NCBI RefSeq assembly: GCF_006345805.1 | Contig: NC_042999.1 | Span: forward strand, 159,836,001-159,900,000 | Reading direction: 5' to 3' | DNA length: 64,000 bases | From: Octopus sinensis | Lineage: Eukaryota | Shown here: piece by piece, positions 15,108 through 28,831 of the stretch | Layout of the letters: each line of letters starts with the position of its first letter | Position numbering within the stretch: the first letter of the stretch is position 1 | Position numbers and translations under genes: made by a program | The notes under the pieces: generated by a model | What the model saw: only the letters and a program-made list of their open reading frames with translations | What the model was told of the DNA's origin: nothing | Database searches by the model: none

Positions 15108-15589
15108 AATGGGACAAGAACACAAACAGTTAGTTGAAACAAAAAAGGGGCAACAAAATACCCAGACAGATGATACAAAGAAAACAAGGACGGATCATTC
15201 GGAGATTTCTTTCCTCAGTCGAGTTCCAGAATTTCAGCTGGTTATACTCGAGATTGCTCCAATCTGGCCAGCCCCAAGGAAAAAATAAGCTAAGAGCATT
15301 ATATTCCTTTGAAAAAAAGCAGTGAATGTATATGAAAACAAGGACGGGGAATAAAACAGAAATGTTACACAAATACAAATAACAGGACATAACAACAGGT
15401 GTCTTTCGACTAATGACAAATTAAATTAAGCTGGCATGTGTGGAAGTAAAGCCTTACAGCAGGGACATACGATTTATCAAGCACAGGAAGGAATATAGAT
15501 GTTGCACAGACAGTAGTCCAACCAAGAAAGAAAGGTTTGGCCTGGCAGAACACTGGTCACGTGGAGACAGAAGAGAGAGAGGTAGAGGC

Positions 15590-15900
15590 ATACATGTGCG
15601 TGTATGTCTATCGGGTTATGTGTGCATTTTGTTTCGTGTATGCACGTGTGCTTGAGTATGTGTGTGTATGTGGTTGTGTGTACATTTATGTGTGTGGTGT
15701 GTGTGTGTATAAAGGTATGTGTGTCTGTGTGCATGGGGTTGTATGGGATAGGTATCTGTGCATTCCTGTGTGTGTATGTGTGTACGTTTGTGCATGTGTG
15801 TGCACATGGGTGTATGTGGTTGTGTGTGTATGCATGTGTGTATGTGTCTGGAAGTATGTGTGTGTGTATATGTGCATGTAAGTGTGGTGTATGTGTGATA
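15590..15900. repeat. Degenerate (GT)-rich low-complexity tract
   Basis: Directly visible. Confidence 0.9.
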
Positions 15901-16275
15901 GGGATCATTGGACTCTTAAATGAATTGTTAGAAAGGATCACAAAAGTACAGCTCCCAAAATTACTGCAGACCACCTCAAGAACCAACTTTCCACAAAAAC
16001 AGCCTGAAGCTGCACAAAGCTGGATTACATGGGAAGGGCTGCAATCAAAAAACCACTACTTTCAAAAACAAACATTGCAAAGCATTTAGAGTGGAGTAAA
16101 AACCTACAGATTTGGTCCCAAGAGCAATGGAAGAATGCTATTTTCTCGGGCGAGTCATCCTTTACCCTATTTCTGACCACCAGCCAAGTATACATGTGGA
16201 GACAGCCAAAAGAAGCATTTGATCTAGACAGCCTTCTTCCAACTGTTAAACATTGGAGGAGCATCTGTGATTCAG
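15900..16275 (+). mobile_element. Tc1-like transposase relic
   Basis: GRAAIKKPLLSKTNIAKHLEWSKNLQIWSQEQWKNAIFSGESSFTLF...WRQPKEAFDLDSLLPTVKH matches the Tc1 region leading into the first catalytic Asp (FSDES, here FSGES). Confidence 0.85.
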
Positions 16276-16633
16276 AGCAACTGTCGACCTCCCAAACAAA
16301 TGAAAACCTCCCGAAAATTTGTGAATGTGGAATCTTCTTCTTCTCCTTCTTCCTTACCAAGAATTCACAACGCCCTCGAACCCACAAGAGTAAACAAGAG
16401 AGACAGAGACAGGCAGAAATAAGGAAAATGCCTCTTGTATTTGAATACTATGCAAATATTCTTTTAAAAAACTTTTCTTTTAATTTTACCAAAAATTTAA
16501 TTGTTTTCCATACTTACAGCTTAAAAAGTCTCAATAACTAAAACCGGTACTGAGATATTTTTATAAAATTATTTTAGTATTTTCTACCTTGACTTTTTTT
16601 CCATATATACCGTGTGTTCCTTTTCAACCTTCT

Positions 16634-16710
<77 letters not shown>

Positions 16711-16789
16711 TACATACATATGAGGAGAGGAGGAGACCCCCTTCGGTCATAAATGACCATGGGATTGCACTAGAAAGTTACCTTATATA

Positions 16790-17307
16790 TCATCATCATC
16801 ATCGTTTAGCGTCCGTTTTCCATGTTAGCATGGGTTGGACGGTTCTACTGGGGTCTGTAAAGCCAGAAGGCTTCATCAGGCCCAGTCAAAATCTGGCAGT
16901 GTTTCTACAGCTGGATGCCCTTCCTAACGCCAACCACTCCGTGAGTGTAGTGGGTGCTTTTTACGTGCCACCCGCACAGGTGCCAGACAGAGCTGGCAAA
17001 CGGCCACGAACGGATGGTGCTTTTTATGTGCCACCGGCACGAGGGCCAGGTGAGGCTGGCAACGGACACGAACGGATGGTGCTTTTTACGTGCCATCGGC
17101 ACGAGGCCAGTCGGGGCGGTGCTGGCAACAGTAACACATCTGCAATTTCCATTGATCGATTTCGATTCTGATCCTCACTTGCCTCAACAGGTCTTCACAA
17201 GTAGAGTTTTGTGTCCCAAGAAGGGAAGGTATGCATACATAGGCTGGCTCCATCCCATGTAGAAGGCCATGGGTTATGGACTCACTTGTCCTGCCGGGTC
17301 TTCTCGC
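16790..17307 (-). mobile_element. RTE LINE 3' end including the ORF stop (EKTRQDK*)
   Basis: The 5' junction matches 60164-60186 of the long LINE; (GAT)n tail. Confidence 0.9.
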
Positions 17308-17334
17308 CTATATATATATATAATATATATATAT

Positions 17335-17539
17335 ATACTAAGCAATTAAGGGTTAAGCAACGAATTGCCTCACCACACACCGAATTTAGAAATAGCAGTC
17401 AAAGAGTTATAGCTATTCTTTCTACAAAAAGGGAGATTTCCCTTTTAGTAGAAAGAATAGCTATAACTCTTGACTGCTATTTCTAAATTCGGTGTGTGTG
17501 GTGAGGAAATTCGTTGCTAAACCCTTAATTGCTTAGTAT
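17335..17539. repeat. Foldback palindrome: ~100-bp inverted arms with a 4-nt loop
   Basis: The arms differ by about 3 substitutions and 2 small indels; TA flanks suggest a palindromic MITE. Confidence 0.93.
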
Positions 17540-17636
17540 TACTTAAATTTTCCTTGAATGAGGCTTTTACATGCCGAAATCTACTTGGTGTAATTAATGA
17601 TTATTCCAAATTAATTAATTTCACCCTATATTGTTA

Positions 17637-17675
<39 letters not shown>

Positions 17676-18460
17676 ATGATATATAGATAGATAGATATAC
17701 ATATATACATACACATACCCATACATATATTCATACATACACACACACACACACACACTAAATATGCATTGAAAGAATTTGCTTTCTGATGTTTGAATTC
17801 TGAATTTTAGCTTATCCTCCAAAATGGTGAGTAGATACACAGTGGGCATGGAGTATTAATGAGAGAAGTGGCTCTATGCCAGGTGATGAGAGGTTAAAGT
17901 ATGACAGAGGGACAGGAACAGGTGCCAGTGCTATAGAAAAGCTACAAGACTATCCCAGCTGGAAAGAGGGGAAAAGACATGGCGATGAGGTGTCAGGACA
18001 TACCCTCAAAGTACAAACAGGTGAGTACAAGAGAGAATAGGGGCAGAGGACCAGAAGGGCTAGGGGTAGATATATTCATGTAAGTGTGAAAGGTAAGTGG
18101 TTGAGGGTTAGAGATAGGGATAGAAGTGAATGAAGTGAAAGGTGAACACAAGTGCAGTTTGTGGAGGAAAGTGAAGAAAATATAAGGGGGGGGTCAGAGT
18201 GATTGAGGGGTTAGGGAATAGTACGAAAGGGCAGGGTGGAGGACAACAGAATGATAAAACTGTAAATAGATGGAAAAATAAGGAAATGACATGAAGTGTG
18301 GTGAGAGGTGAGAAGGATGCAGAGACAGGATCAGAGAAAATTAGCAGCAGAAATAGCAAGCGAAGAACAAAGGTGGTGCGGAGACTGATGGCAGATATGA
18401 GAGGATGTTTGAGGAAACACACACATACATTCATATTCATTAGCATATACTCTCTCTCTT

Positions 18461-18863
18461 TTACTCTTTTACTTGTTTCAGTCATTTGACTGCGGCCATG
18501 CTGAAGCACCGCCTTTAGTCGAGCAAATCAACCCCGAGACTTATTCTTTGTAAACCCAGTACTTATTCTATTGGTCTCTTTTTGCCGAACCGCTAAGTAA
18601 CGGGGACGTAAACGCACCAGCATCGGTTGTCAAGCGATGTTGGGAGGACAAACACAGACACACAAACACACACATACATATACATATATATATATATATA
18701 CATATATACGACACGCTTCTTTCAGTTTCCGTCTACCAAATCCACTCACAAGGCATTGGTCGGCCCTGGGCTATAGCAGAAGACACTTGCCCAAGATGCC
18801 ACGCAGTGGGACTGAACCCGGAACCATGTGGTTGGTTAGCAAGCTACTCACCACACAGCCACT
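18461..18863 (-). mobile_element. SINE family B
   Basis: Near full-length match to family B. Confidence 0.9.
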
Positions 18864-18864
18864 C

Positions 18865-18896
<32 letters not shown>

Positions 18897-19229
18897 TATA
18901 TATATTATATATATATATATATATAATTATATGTGTGTGTGTGTATGTGTGTAGTACATAAATGTACACACCACATTCTGTGTACATTTATGAACATACA
19001 TATACAAATACATATAAAACAATAAAGAAATAATGCAGAGAACTTGTTACAATTCAAAGAGAGAATTAATAATTAATTAACTCTTTATATATTTTATGTG
19101 AATCATAGAGAAAAATAAGAACAAATAATTAAAAACCAATGGTTGCCATAAGTTTATCTAAATGATATATTCAACACACACGCATATTTTCATAAAGCCA
19201 CATCTCTCTCTCTATATATATATATATAT

Positions 19230-19633
19230 TACTCTTTTACTTGTTTCAGTCATGTGACTGTGGCAATGCTGGAGCACCGCCTTTAGTCGATCAAATCGAC
19301 CCCAGGACTTATTCTCTGTAAGCCTAGTACTTATTTTATCGGTCTCTTTTTGCCGAACCGCTAGGTTACGGGGACGTAAACACACCAGCATCGGTTGTCA
19401 AGCGATGTTGTGGGGACAAACACAGACACACAAACACGCACATACACATATATATATATAAACATATATACGACGGGCTTCTTTCAGTTTCCGTTTACCA
19501 AATCCACTCACAAGGCTTTGGTCGGCCTGAGGCTATAGTAGAAGACACTTACCCAAGGTGCCACGCAGTGAGACTGAACCTGGAACCATGTGGTTCGTAA
19601 ACAAGCTACTTACCACACAGCCACACCTGCGCC
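19230..19633 (-). mobile_element. SINE family B
   Basis: Full-length match to family B. Confidence 0.9.
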
Positions 19634-19898
19634 TATATATATATATATATACTGAGATAGATTGTGTAGAAATGTCTGGCATAACTAAGGAAATCCTGCC
19701 AGACAAGGAGGGTGGTTTTTCATTGGATACTGTGGAGCAATAAGCAAAACCTATCAAAGGGTAGCTAAACACAGCAGAGTCGATAGTCATCCAACAACCA
19801 GAATGTGAGAGACTCCTAGCCTATGCTCAGACACCTCTCTAGGAGAAGGAAATCTCAAATGTATCACCTGCAATTTCATTTGCTTCTATAATGTAGAC

Positions 19899-20099
19899 CA
19901 GTGCTTTTCAAACTTTTTGCTGGAGTGGAACCCCAAGGAAACATTCCACTGGCTCGAGGAACCTCTGTGCAATAATTTAATAGCCTTATGCACACATATC
20001 TGCACAGGATAATTAAAAATTACTGCCGATTTTAGCAGTTTTATAACTTCTTGCGGAACCCCTGGACTGTACTGGTGGAACCCTGGTTGAAAACCACTG
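19899..20099. mobile_element. hAT-type MITE
   Basis: TIRs cagtgcttttcaa / ttgaaaaccactg. The 8-bp TSD is atgtagac (19891-19898) versus atatagac (20100-20107). Confidence 0.85.
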
Positions 20100-20528
20100 A
20101 TATAGACAGTTCTTCTTCTTAGGCAAATGCATACATTGTTTAGAGAGTGAAATTGGCCTGGTACAAGGCCTTCTGTCTCTTTAAAAAGCTTCAGGCACAG
20201 GCATTGTATGATTTTTTTTCAACATCTCTGTCATGTTGCTTAATTTGCCTGGTCGTAATTGAGAGAGTAAAACATTCACGGAAAAGTTTCATGATGGAAT
20301 GAAGGCATGAGTCTGCAAGTGGTAACTCTGTGAAGACCTCCTGAAAGTACCAAGCAAGACCAAAAAATCATATCCATGTTGCTTTAGGAGAACAAGAAAT
20401 TAACAGCATTGATTGAAATCGAGTTTCATCCATTGTATGCATACATGTGTGTGTGTGTGTGTGTGTGTATATTTATGTACATATGTGAATGTGTTGTAAA
20501 TTAACTTTAATACACACACATATACGTG

Positions 20529-20667
20529 TCACTTAGCGGTTCGGCAAAAGAGACCGATACAATAAGTCCTGGGCTTACAAAAGAATAAATCCCGGGGTCG
20601 AGTTGCTCGACTAAAGGCGGTGCTCCAGCATGACCACAGTCAAATGACTGAAACGAGTAAAAGAGTA
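20529..20667 (+). mobile_element. SINE family B, 3' fragment
   Basis: Matches the 3' third of family B. Confidence 0.8.
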
Positions 20668-20990
20668 TATATACAAATCTATACATGCAAATATACATGC
20701 ACAAAATATATATATTGGAAATTCTTCTCTTGATAGTGACGAAAGCAAATGCAACATTTGAAAATCTGTATCTTCAGCTGGTGTCACAGTGTCACAAGCA
20801 TTTGCTCTTTGGCCTGTACACTTCATCTGAATGGAATAGTAAGAACTGAATTAGCCTTTGCCTGAAGAAGGGTTCCAACTGTAGCCTCTTGTCAACTACA
20901 ACCACCCTTGAATTGGTCTCACCTGCCATAATCATTTCCAGTTGTTTCAGTTAAAGGAAGCAACTGCTACATGTGTCTAATTATATGTGT

Positions 20991-21203
20991 TTAACTCTTT
21001 CGTTACCAACCCAGCTGAAACTGGCTCTGGCTCTTTAGTATAAAGTGTTGATTTAAAATCTTCCACCAAATCTTAGTCACAATTTATGTTCCTAACACTA
21101 GCTGAATGATAACTCAGTTATTTTACTAAATTCTTTGTTATATTTAAAATTATTGGAAGAAACACAGAGCATCTCAAAATAAATACAGTAACAAAAGGGT
21201 TAA
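20991..21203. mobile_element. piggyBac-like MITE (family 1, second copy)
   Basis: Same internal sequence as 46536-46764, with TTAA at both ends. Confidence 0.82.
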
Positions 21204-23801
21204 ACAAAGGACAAAAATCATTCAAATCAGCTACTGTAACTAAATTTCACACTGACAACAATTGAAGAATGTTTCTGACTGGTCAACATAAAAACTTCGA
21301 GGCAATTACATATATAAATGAATAAAACAGAATTCTAAAAGGAAGAGTATAATCACAAACTATTTCAGGATCAGTTATCAACAAACAACCTCTTTAGCAC
21401 TACAAATGACATTTTAGTTTTATTTGCAAGTTTTCTCATGGTTAGGAACTAAGAGGTTAATGCAAAATAGATAAACAGCAAGTTAACACAGTTCTGATTC
21501 GAATTCAGAACCCCTAAATTACTAAGTTGTGTTGCATAAAATACATAATCAACAAAGTTTAAACTCTGGCATCTTCACCATTTTTAGGAATCCAAGTCCT
21601 GTATTATGAACTGGAAGAACTTATTTCTCAGTGGAGTTTACATACACACACACACAAGGGTACAAATCTTCAACCTCTAAATTTCAGAGACAATCGTACA
21701 GATTAGATTCTCTGACAAGCTATTCATCCATGGGAGAAATTGAGGCAATTACAGTGGTATTTAGAGTTAGTGAAAAAAGGTAATATTAAATTCTAAAGAA
21801 TCTACAGCTCATTTTCAATAGTTCAACTTTTGTAGTGAATGTGTTTTGCCATTTTCTTTGCCTCTTTTCATTTGGTTACTCAGCAGTAATGTAGTTAAAA
21901 ATCCATATATTTTTTAGTGAAATGTAGTTCCATAAATGCCTTCCTTTTCAATAATACAGATACCACATTATAAATAATAAGAAGGAAAATAAAATCCCTT
22001 TGACAGTAAAATTTCTTTAAATTTATTGAATTTTCCATACAGATATTTGGAACACATCAAATGAAAGGACAGACAGACAGATATTCTCTTTTTAGAATAA
22101 ATGTGATAAAAATATTAGTTTTAAAATATTTTCTTTTGAAAATTTCATAAGAATCTAGCCAAGGAGAAATTAGATTGCAGAAATTATAAGTTTACATATT
22201 AAGGAAAGTATCACAGTTAGAGATGTGTACAGGTGTGGAAAATAAAATATTCAACAGAAATATGATGCAACTAAAAATCATGATATTTAACATGCTCGTA
22301 CAAGAACCAAAAAAGAAAAGAACAACTAGAACAAAAGAAAGATCCTAACAGTAAAGAATACTATTAGAAAATACATACAATTCATGCTAAGCAACAAAGA
22401 ATTCAACACATTTGGAGACATTCTATGTATGTGATAAAACAAAAAAAAAAACAAAACAAGGAACAGATTATGAACAATATCAAAAACACATTAAAAATAT
22501 CTATGTGTTTACAGCAATTCTGCTGTTGACAAATTTTGATTTTAATACCAAGTCATGAGGATTATTATTTTCAATAGAAATATATGAGCTAAGCTGAAAC
22601 ACTACAGATAGAGAGGAAATACTTTCTAAAACTCAGTCAGCTATTGTGGATAAGGTCATGAAACGGCAATATATCAAACTGCTTACTTGACTTCCAACAA
22701 GACACCTCAATGAAATCAGCACAAAAGAATGAAATTACTGAAATACATGCATACATACATATACATATATATCCACTCAAGTACACATACATTCATACGC
22801 ATATGTATACAAACAAGAGAAAAGAACACTTAAAGCACATTGTAGATAGTAGATATGTGTTAACAGTTTGTGACTTAAATCTGCATTAGTTTTATAGATC
22901 TAAAAGCATGTCCGTAGATCAGATGCTGTAGTAAGGCAACAAATTCTAATGAAGGCTAATTAGGTGATATAGAAAGTTTCTTCTAATTGATTTTGATCTC
23001 CTGAGGGAGTCGAGTTGTATGGTATTGTAGCAGCTGCTGGTGGTCAACTCTGATGTGCAAGATAAGACTAGTTTCCTTTGCGTTTAATGGAAATTCAGTG
23101 AAAATCATGAAACAGTGCTATAAGTAATGGCTTAAAATTAGCTAAGAGAGAACTCAATTGATGACAGCAGTACGAAAGTTGATTTTTCTTGTCAAAGGAT
23201 ACAGTGGGCTGTTTGAATATGCAATATTTCTCAAAGACGCACAGACAAAAAATACGTCCTCTAGGCAAATGCAGAGGGTAGAGTGAGACATTTCAATTGT
23301 GTGTGAGGTTATGCTAACCAACTACTGACTTTGTTTTTCTGAGAAGTTACACATACTGAAGCATCCATTAATAGACACAAACACACCTACAAGTGTGTGT
23401 GTGTGTGTATGTACATGCATGTGTGTCAGTGCGAGTGTATGTGTGCATGCATATGCATGTGTGTGTATCAGTGTGTGTGAGAGAGAAAGAGTCGGTGCAT
23501 GTGTGTGTCAGCATGTGTGAGTATTACAACAGCCAAGCAGAAGGCTTACTGATGGATGGAGTGTTCAAAATCCACTGTAGGTGCATTGTTTTTTTGTCAG
23601 GACAAAAACCCATTACTCTATACAGCTACCTACTGGTCAAAAGTTTCTGGGGAATATATCTAAGATATTTTTTAGTGAGATTTATTCAATACCATATATT
23701 TCTTAGTAAGATTTATCCAATATTCATTTCATGCTATGAAACTGGAATTAATTACCAGATTTCAAATTCTTCGCAAGACTTAGGAGATAATTATATTTAA
23801 A

Positions 23802-24679
23802 TAGGTCATCCCATGAATAATGCAGTGTTTTTATACTTCTTTTATTTTTCAAAATTAAAACAAAGTTCGTTTTAATCTAAAATATCCTCTCCATTTTCTA
23901 CAATGCTCTTCCATCTATTGGGTAGACTTCCAAGGCCCCTCTTCCAAAATTCACTTGTCCATAACAAAAAATACTCCTCCAGTACTGTTCTGACCTCATC
24001 TACAGAATTCATATATGATAATCAGATGAGACAATGTCCAGCAAATAAGGTGAGTGGAGCATCATTTCTGAATCAAACTGCTCCAACCTTTGGAATGTCA
24101 TCCTCACCGTATGTGGCTGAGTATTAAACTCAGAAAGTTTGTGAGGAACCCATTGACCTAATTTGCTGACTTTTCTGATGGCACACAGTTGTCAATGAAT
24201 GGTTGAATGACCAAATTCAAGCTTATCTGTTAGTTCCTCAACAGTTACGATGGGATTTTGTTCCACCGGGATTTGCAGGATGTCCTCATTGAGCTCTAGA
24301 AATCTTCCAGGACAAGGTTCATCTTTTAAGCTGTGGTTGCCAGCTCAGAATTTCTAGAACCACCGTTGACACTGGCTTGCACTTATTGTCCAGTCCCCAT
24401 ATACTGCATTAATATTCCTCACACTTTCTGTTGCATTTTTGCCTTTATTGAACTCATAAAGCAAAATATGCCGAATATGCTCCTTTGTCACTTCCATTAT
24501 AGCTTTGGAAAAATAACTGTTAAAATCGAAATGCACTCTTTCAAAACTTGCACTAAGAATAAGGATATGGTAAAATTACTACCTGCTTATATAGCAAGTT
24601 GATGCAAGTAGCTTATCTGATCCACCTCCAACTTTTAGTTCATGCAATTGAAAAAACCGCATTATTTATGGGGTAACCC
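23802..24679 (-). mobile_element. Internally deleted mariner element with both TIRs
   Basis: N-terminal transposase MEVTKEHIRHILLYEFNKGKNATESVRNINAVYG...QCQRWF. The left end ggtcatcccatgaataatgcagtgtttt and the reverse complement of the right end, gggttaccccataaataatgcggtttttt, are imperfect inverted repeats. Confidence 0.85.
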
Positions 24680-26741
24680 AAAAGAGGAAACAAAACAAAT
24701 GTGGACTCTGCAAGCTTCAGCAAAGGCAACTCATTTCGGAGGTCAGTAACTCTGAATTATAACTGCTATGGGGGCTTTTTAGATGCAGCCAGATAACTCC
24801 TCTAGTGCCAATGACATGACAAAAAGTATTTGTTTATACTGTAAAACTAAATCAACTAGCTATTAAAAAACCATGCCTATAAAAGATGTTAGACAACATA
24901 AATTGGCAATTTTCAATTTATAGTTTATTTCAGATAACTGCAACAGATCAATTGTAACCATGCTAGCATGGATAGGAGGACATAAAATAATGATATTGAT
25001 AATAAATTCATAGAAATACAGATGAATATGTATTCATAGACATAGATAGATATGCTCTCATGTAAAAATCAATCCTCCAATGCAAGCTAGATCAAATTTA
25101 TGTGAAACAACAAAAATTACATACACATTGAGAGAGAGAGAGAGAGATGAGTGGAAAGAGTAATACACAGGAAGAGAGAAATAAAGAAAAAGAGAGAAAT
25201 TATAATACTTCAGAAAAACTTTAGTTACTTTGTAAAGTGCTAGCTGAGTTTAAATTTAAGAACACGGAACAGATATACCAGATAAAATTTGTATTGACTT
25301 GCGCATAAAGATTTGTTTACACATACAGGTATATTAGTAGAAAAAAAAAAGCCAAGTGTAAGAGTTATATGTTCTTAATTAACGGAAACTTCTCATTAAT
25401 GGTCCCCTTCCATACACACTTATCCAATATGTCACGATAGACAAGTTGATAGGGTACAGGAACTAAGCTGATACATTCTTTATTTCTGTGGGGTAGGTGC
25501 CATTTTCCTTAAAGAGGAAGGAGAGAATTTTAAAAATTGAAATTTTAGAATAATCGTTTTTCAGAATTTTTTGTATTGAGAGGGTCATAATGCCAATCAT
25601 GAACACAAGCACTGGCTCCATTTCACTTCTTTTATTATTATTAGCCAACTAGTTAACCATATAAAAAAAATTACCTAACCCATTGCTTGGTTAATTGTTT
25701 GGTCAATCAATCAATTAGCTAGGTTTGTCTTTTCCTCATCATTTGTGACTTCAGCAATAACAGGTCCTCACTATTCCAGGTCTGTCTGCCTCCTAGTTTT
25801 CAGATTTCAATACATATCTATAGAGATGCGAGTGATAATGTTCAAAAGTGTGTGTGAAAACACACACGTGCATCTTTGTGCATATAGTGTAGATTCTGTG
25901 AGCAAGCACATGGGATTAAGTGTGTGTACATGTGTGCATGTATGCACACATGTACACATATGTATGATGAAGATTCTGTGAAAGGTTTAAGTAGTTAAAC
26001 AGTTATGCTGCTTTCTTTCTATGGTTAATGTCTTGGTCTTTGTAAATTCTTTGTGAATAAACTATTAAATGCCCGATGTCAGTGTGTGTGTGTGTGTGTG
26101 TGGTGTGTGTGTGTGTGCATGTATAGACATCCAAGTTCAGTCACTTTATCATTTTTACTTTATTATGGGGAAGATCATAAAACAATTTTATGATTCTCTT
26201 CATCTTTCATTTTAATGCGTTGAGAGAAAGAACTTATCTACAAACATACCATACGCCACACATACATATAAAAGCATGGAAACACACACAAAATACAGGC
26301 ACACACCACATGCGTATTAATCTGTAGGCCTATAATTTATGGATTGGAGGAGCCAGTTTCAGCTTGCTGTTGCATCTGATTGACACTGCCAACAGACCAA
26401 TGTAATGTCAAGATGCATATGCATGGTGGCATGCATCAGCAATACTGAGGTATGCATATATATGCAGGTTTCCATATGGTTCAGTAATTTTTGTTTCTTG
26501 CCAAACAGGAGATGTGGTGCAGTCGTGGCATTTTACCTGTATTTTTCTTCTTACACACCTGTTGTAATGCTGCATCATGTGGGTGTACCGATATGATTTT
26601 AATATCTATGTTATTCAGTATGTCCTCATGCTTGTCTTTGGCATGCTAATAGCAATCGAATAAAGATTTTCTATCACTATATTCTTCTCAGTACTCTTCC
26701 ATTGCCTCAACAAGCTCATGGCAGTTTCTCTTATATATGCT

Positions 26742-27529
26742 ATACTCTTTTACTCTTTTACTTGTTTCAGTCATTTGACTGCGGCCATGCTGGAGCACCG
26801 CCTTTTTTTTAGTCGAGCAAATCGACCCCGGGACTTATTCTTTGTAAGCCCAGTACTTATTCTATCGGTCTCTTTTGCCGAACCGCTAAGTGACGGGGAC
26901 GTAAACACACCAGCATCGGTTGTCACGCAATGCTAGGGGGACAAACACAGACACACAAACACACACATACATATATATATATATGAAATCGATCAATGGA
27001 AATTGCAGATGTGTTACCAGTGCCGGTGGCATGTAAGAGAACCTTCCGTTTCACGACCGTTGCCAGCACCGCCCCGTTTCGTGTCCGTTGCCAGCCTCGC
27101 CTGGCCCTCGTGCCGGTGGCACATAAAAAGCACCATCCGTTCGTGGCCGTTTGCCAGCTCTGTCTGGCACCTGTGCAGGTGGCACATAAAAAGCACCCAC
27201 TACACTCTCGGAGTGGTTGGCATTAGGAAGGGCATCCAGCCGTAGAAACACTGCCAGATTTGACTGGGCCTGATGAAGCCTTCTGGCTTCACAGACCCCA
27301 GTAGAACCGTCCAACCCATGCTAGCATGGAAAACGGACGCTAAACGATGATGATGATGATGATGATGATATATACGATAGGCTTCTTTCAGTTTCCGTCT
27401 ACCAAATCCACTCACAAGGCATTGGTTGGCCCGGGGCTATAGTAGAAGACACTTGCCCAAGATGCCACGCAGTGGGACTGAACCCGGAACCATGTGGTTG
27501 GTTAGCAAGCTACTTACCACACAGCCACT
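26742..27529 (-). mobile_element. SINE family B split by an RTE 3'-end insertion (26985-27369, + strand)
   Basis: The SINE 3' half (26742-26984) and 5' half (27370-27529) are joined in intact copies by a TA run. Confidence 0.9.
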
Positions 27530-28513
27530 TTTCCTCTCCATATATTTAACTGGTACAACATGTTTTTTGTCTGGCAGTTGATTTTGCAGTTCATGTTACA
27601 CACAATACAATTCTTATTGGTGCATATGGTCCTACCAAAAGGATATTCTAACTTGCTTTTTTTGTTTTTTTTTAGATTATGGCTGCTATTTCAAGCAGGT
27701 CAAGTGACCACATCAAACCTGCTGTTTCAACAGGCATTTATGCAAGCACAGCAGATAGCCATAGGACAGCTTCATTTACAAGACTGAAGTAATTGAAAAA
27801 ATTGTTTTCCAGAGATTTGGCTCAACTTTCAAGTATGCCTATAGCAACCATATTGAAGCCTATTTCATTTCAACTCCTCATTCAACAAACATCGACAGAC
27901 ATAGAAATGAGTGGTCAAGTTTTAAAATCTGGAATGTTGATATGAGGTGATGTGAACATCTTGAAAACCGAAAGTGCGATAAAGGATGTTAACATAATTC
28001 AAATTTTGAATAAGCTACTTTTCAGAATTATCTCCATATTTTACTTCATGGATACCAAAAAAAAAGTTTCAAAAATACAAAACTATATTTTTCTCATTAA
28101 TATCTTTTATTCAAGTGTAACTATAAGAAAAATCAAAGAAATGAAAAGTATATCACTCAGAAGTTGCATCCATTCTTTACTCTCCCGTCTTTGTACACAC
28201 ATTTTACTGTAACATTTTTTAACCCTATCAATCATATAGTGTAATATTTGAATATATAGGGGAGCTCTGGCCCTTAATTTAGTCACAAATTGGGTTAGCA
28301 TAGAACTGGATACAAAAACGTAAATGCTGACTTTAAAAATATTATTCACTGCCTGCAGTGGTTGAATAATATATACATTATACATAGTATGTGTGTATAT
28401 ATGTATTTATGTACATATTTTGATAGCACATGACAACAGTTTCCAAAAAATATAAAATAAAATATTAATAAATTTTTAATGTAAAATAGCAATATTTATT
28501 AAGTCATCTATAA

Positions 28514-28831
28514 GGAGCACTGTTGGTTACGACGACGAGGGTCCCAGCTGATACGATCAACGGAACAGCTTGCTCGTGAAATTAATGTGCAAGTGGCTGA
28601 GCATTCCACAGACACATGTACCCTTAACGTAGTTCGCAAGGAGATTCAGCGTGACACAGAGTGTGACAAGGCTGGCCCTTTGAAATACAAGTACTACTCA
28701 TTTTTGCCAGCTGAGTGGACTGGAGCAACATGAAATAAAGTGTCTTGCTCAAGGATACAACGCGTCGCCGAGAATCGAACTCACAACCTTACGATCATGA
28801 GTCGAATGCCCTAACCACTAAGCCACGCGCC
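28514..28831 (-). mobile_element. tRNA-headed SINE, head D + tail Y
   Basis: Head ggcgcgtggcttagtggttagggc...gagttcgattc; 14-bp TSD taagtcatctataa at 28500-28513 and 28847-28860. Confidence 0.87.

Noticed and set aside
20611-20826. ORF MKCTGQRANACD... after a good minus-strand acceptor
   Set aside because: The phase-1 reading hits a stop within ~12 codons, the ORF runs into a SINE, and no homology is recognisable.
22946-23049. Minus-strand LTTSSCYNTIQLDSLRRSKSIRRN, superficially like a recalled vertebrate beta-PIX alternative tail (SLDSLGRRSS)
   Set aside because: Splicing from the GIT-binding exon gives TAG immediately, and the similarity is short, low-complexity and recalled from memory.
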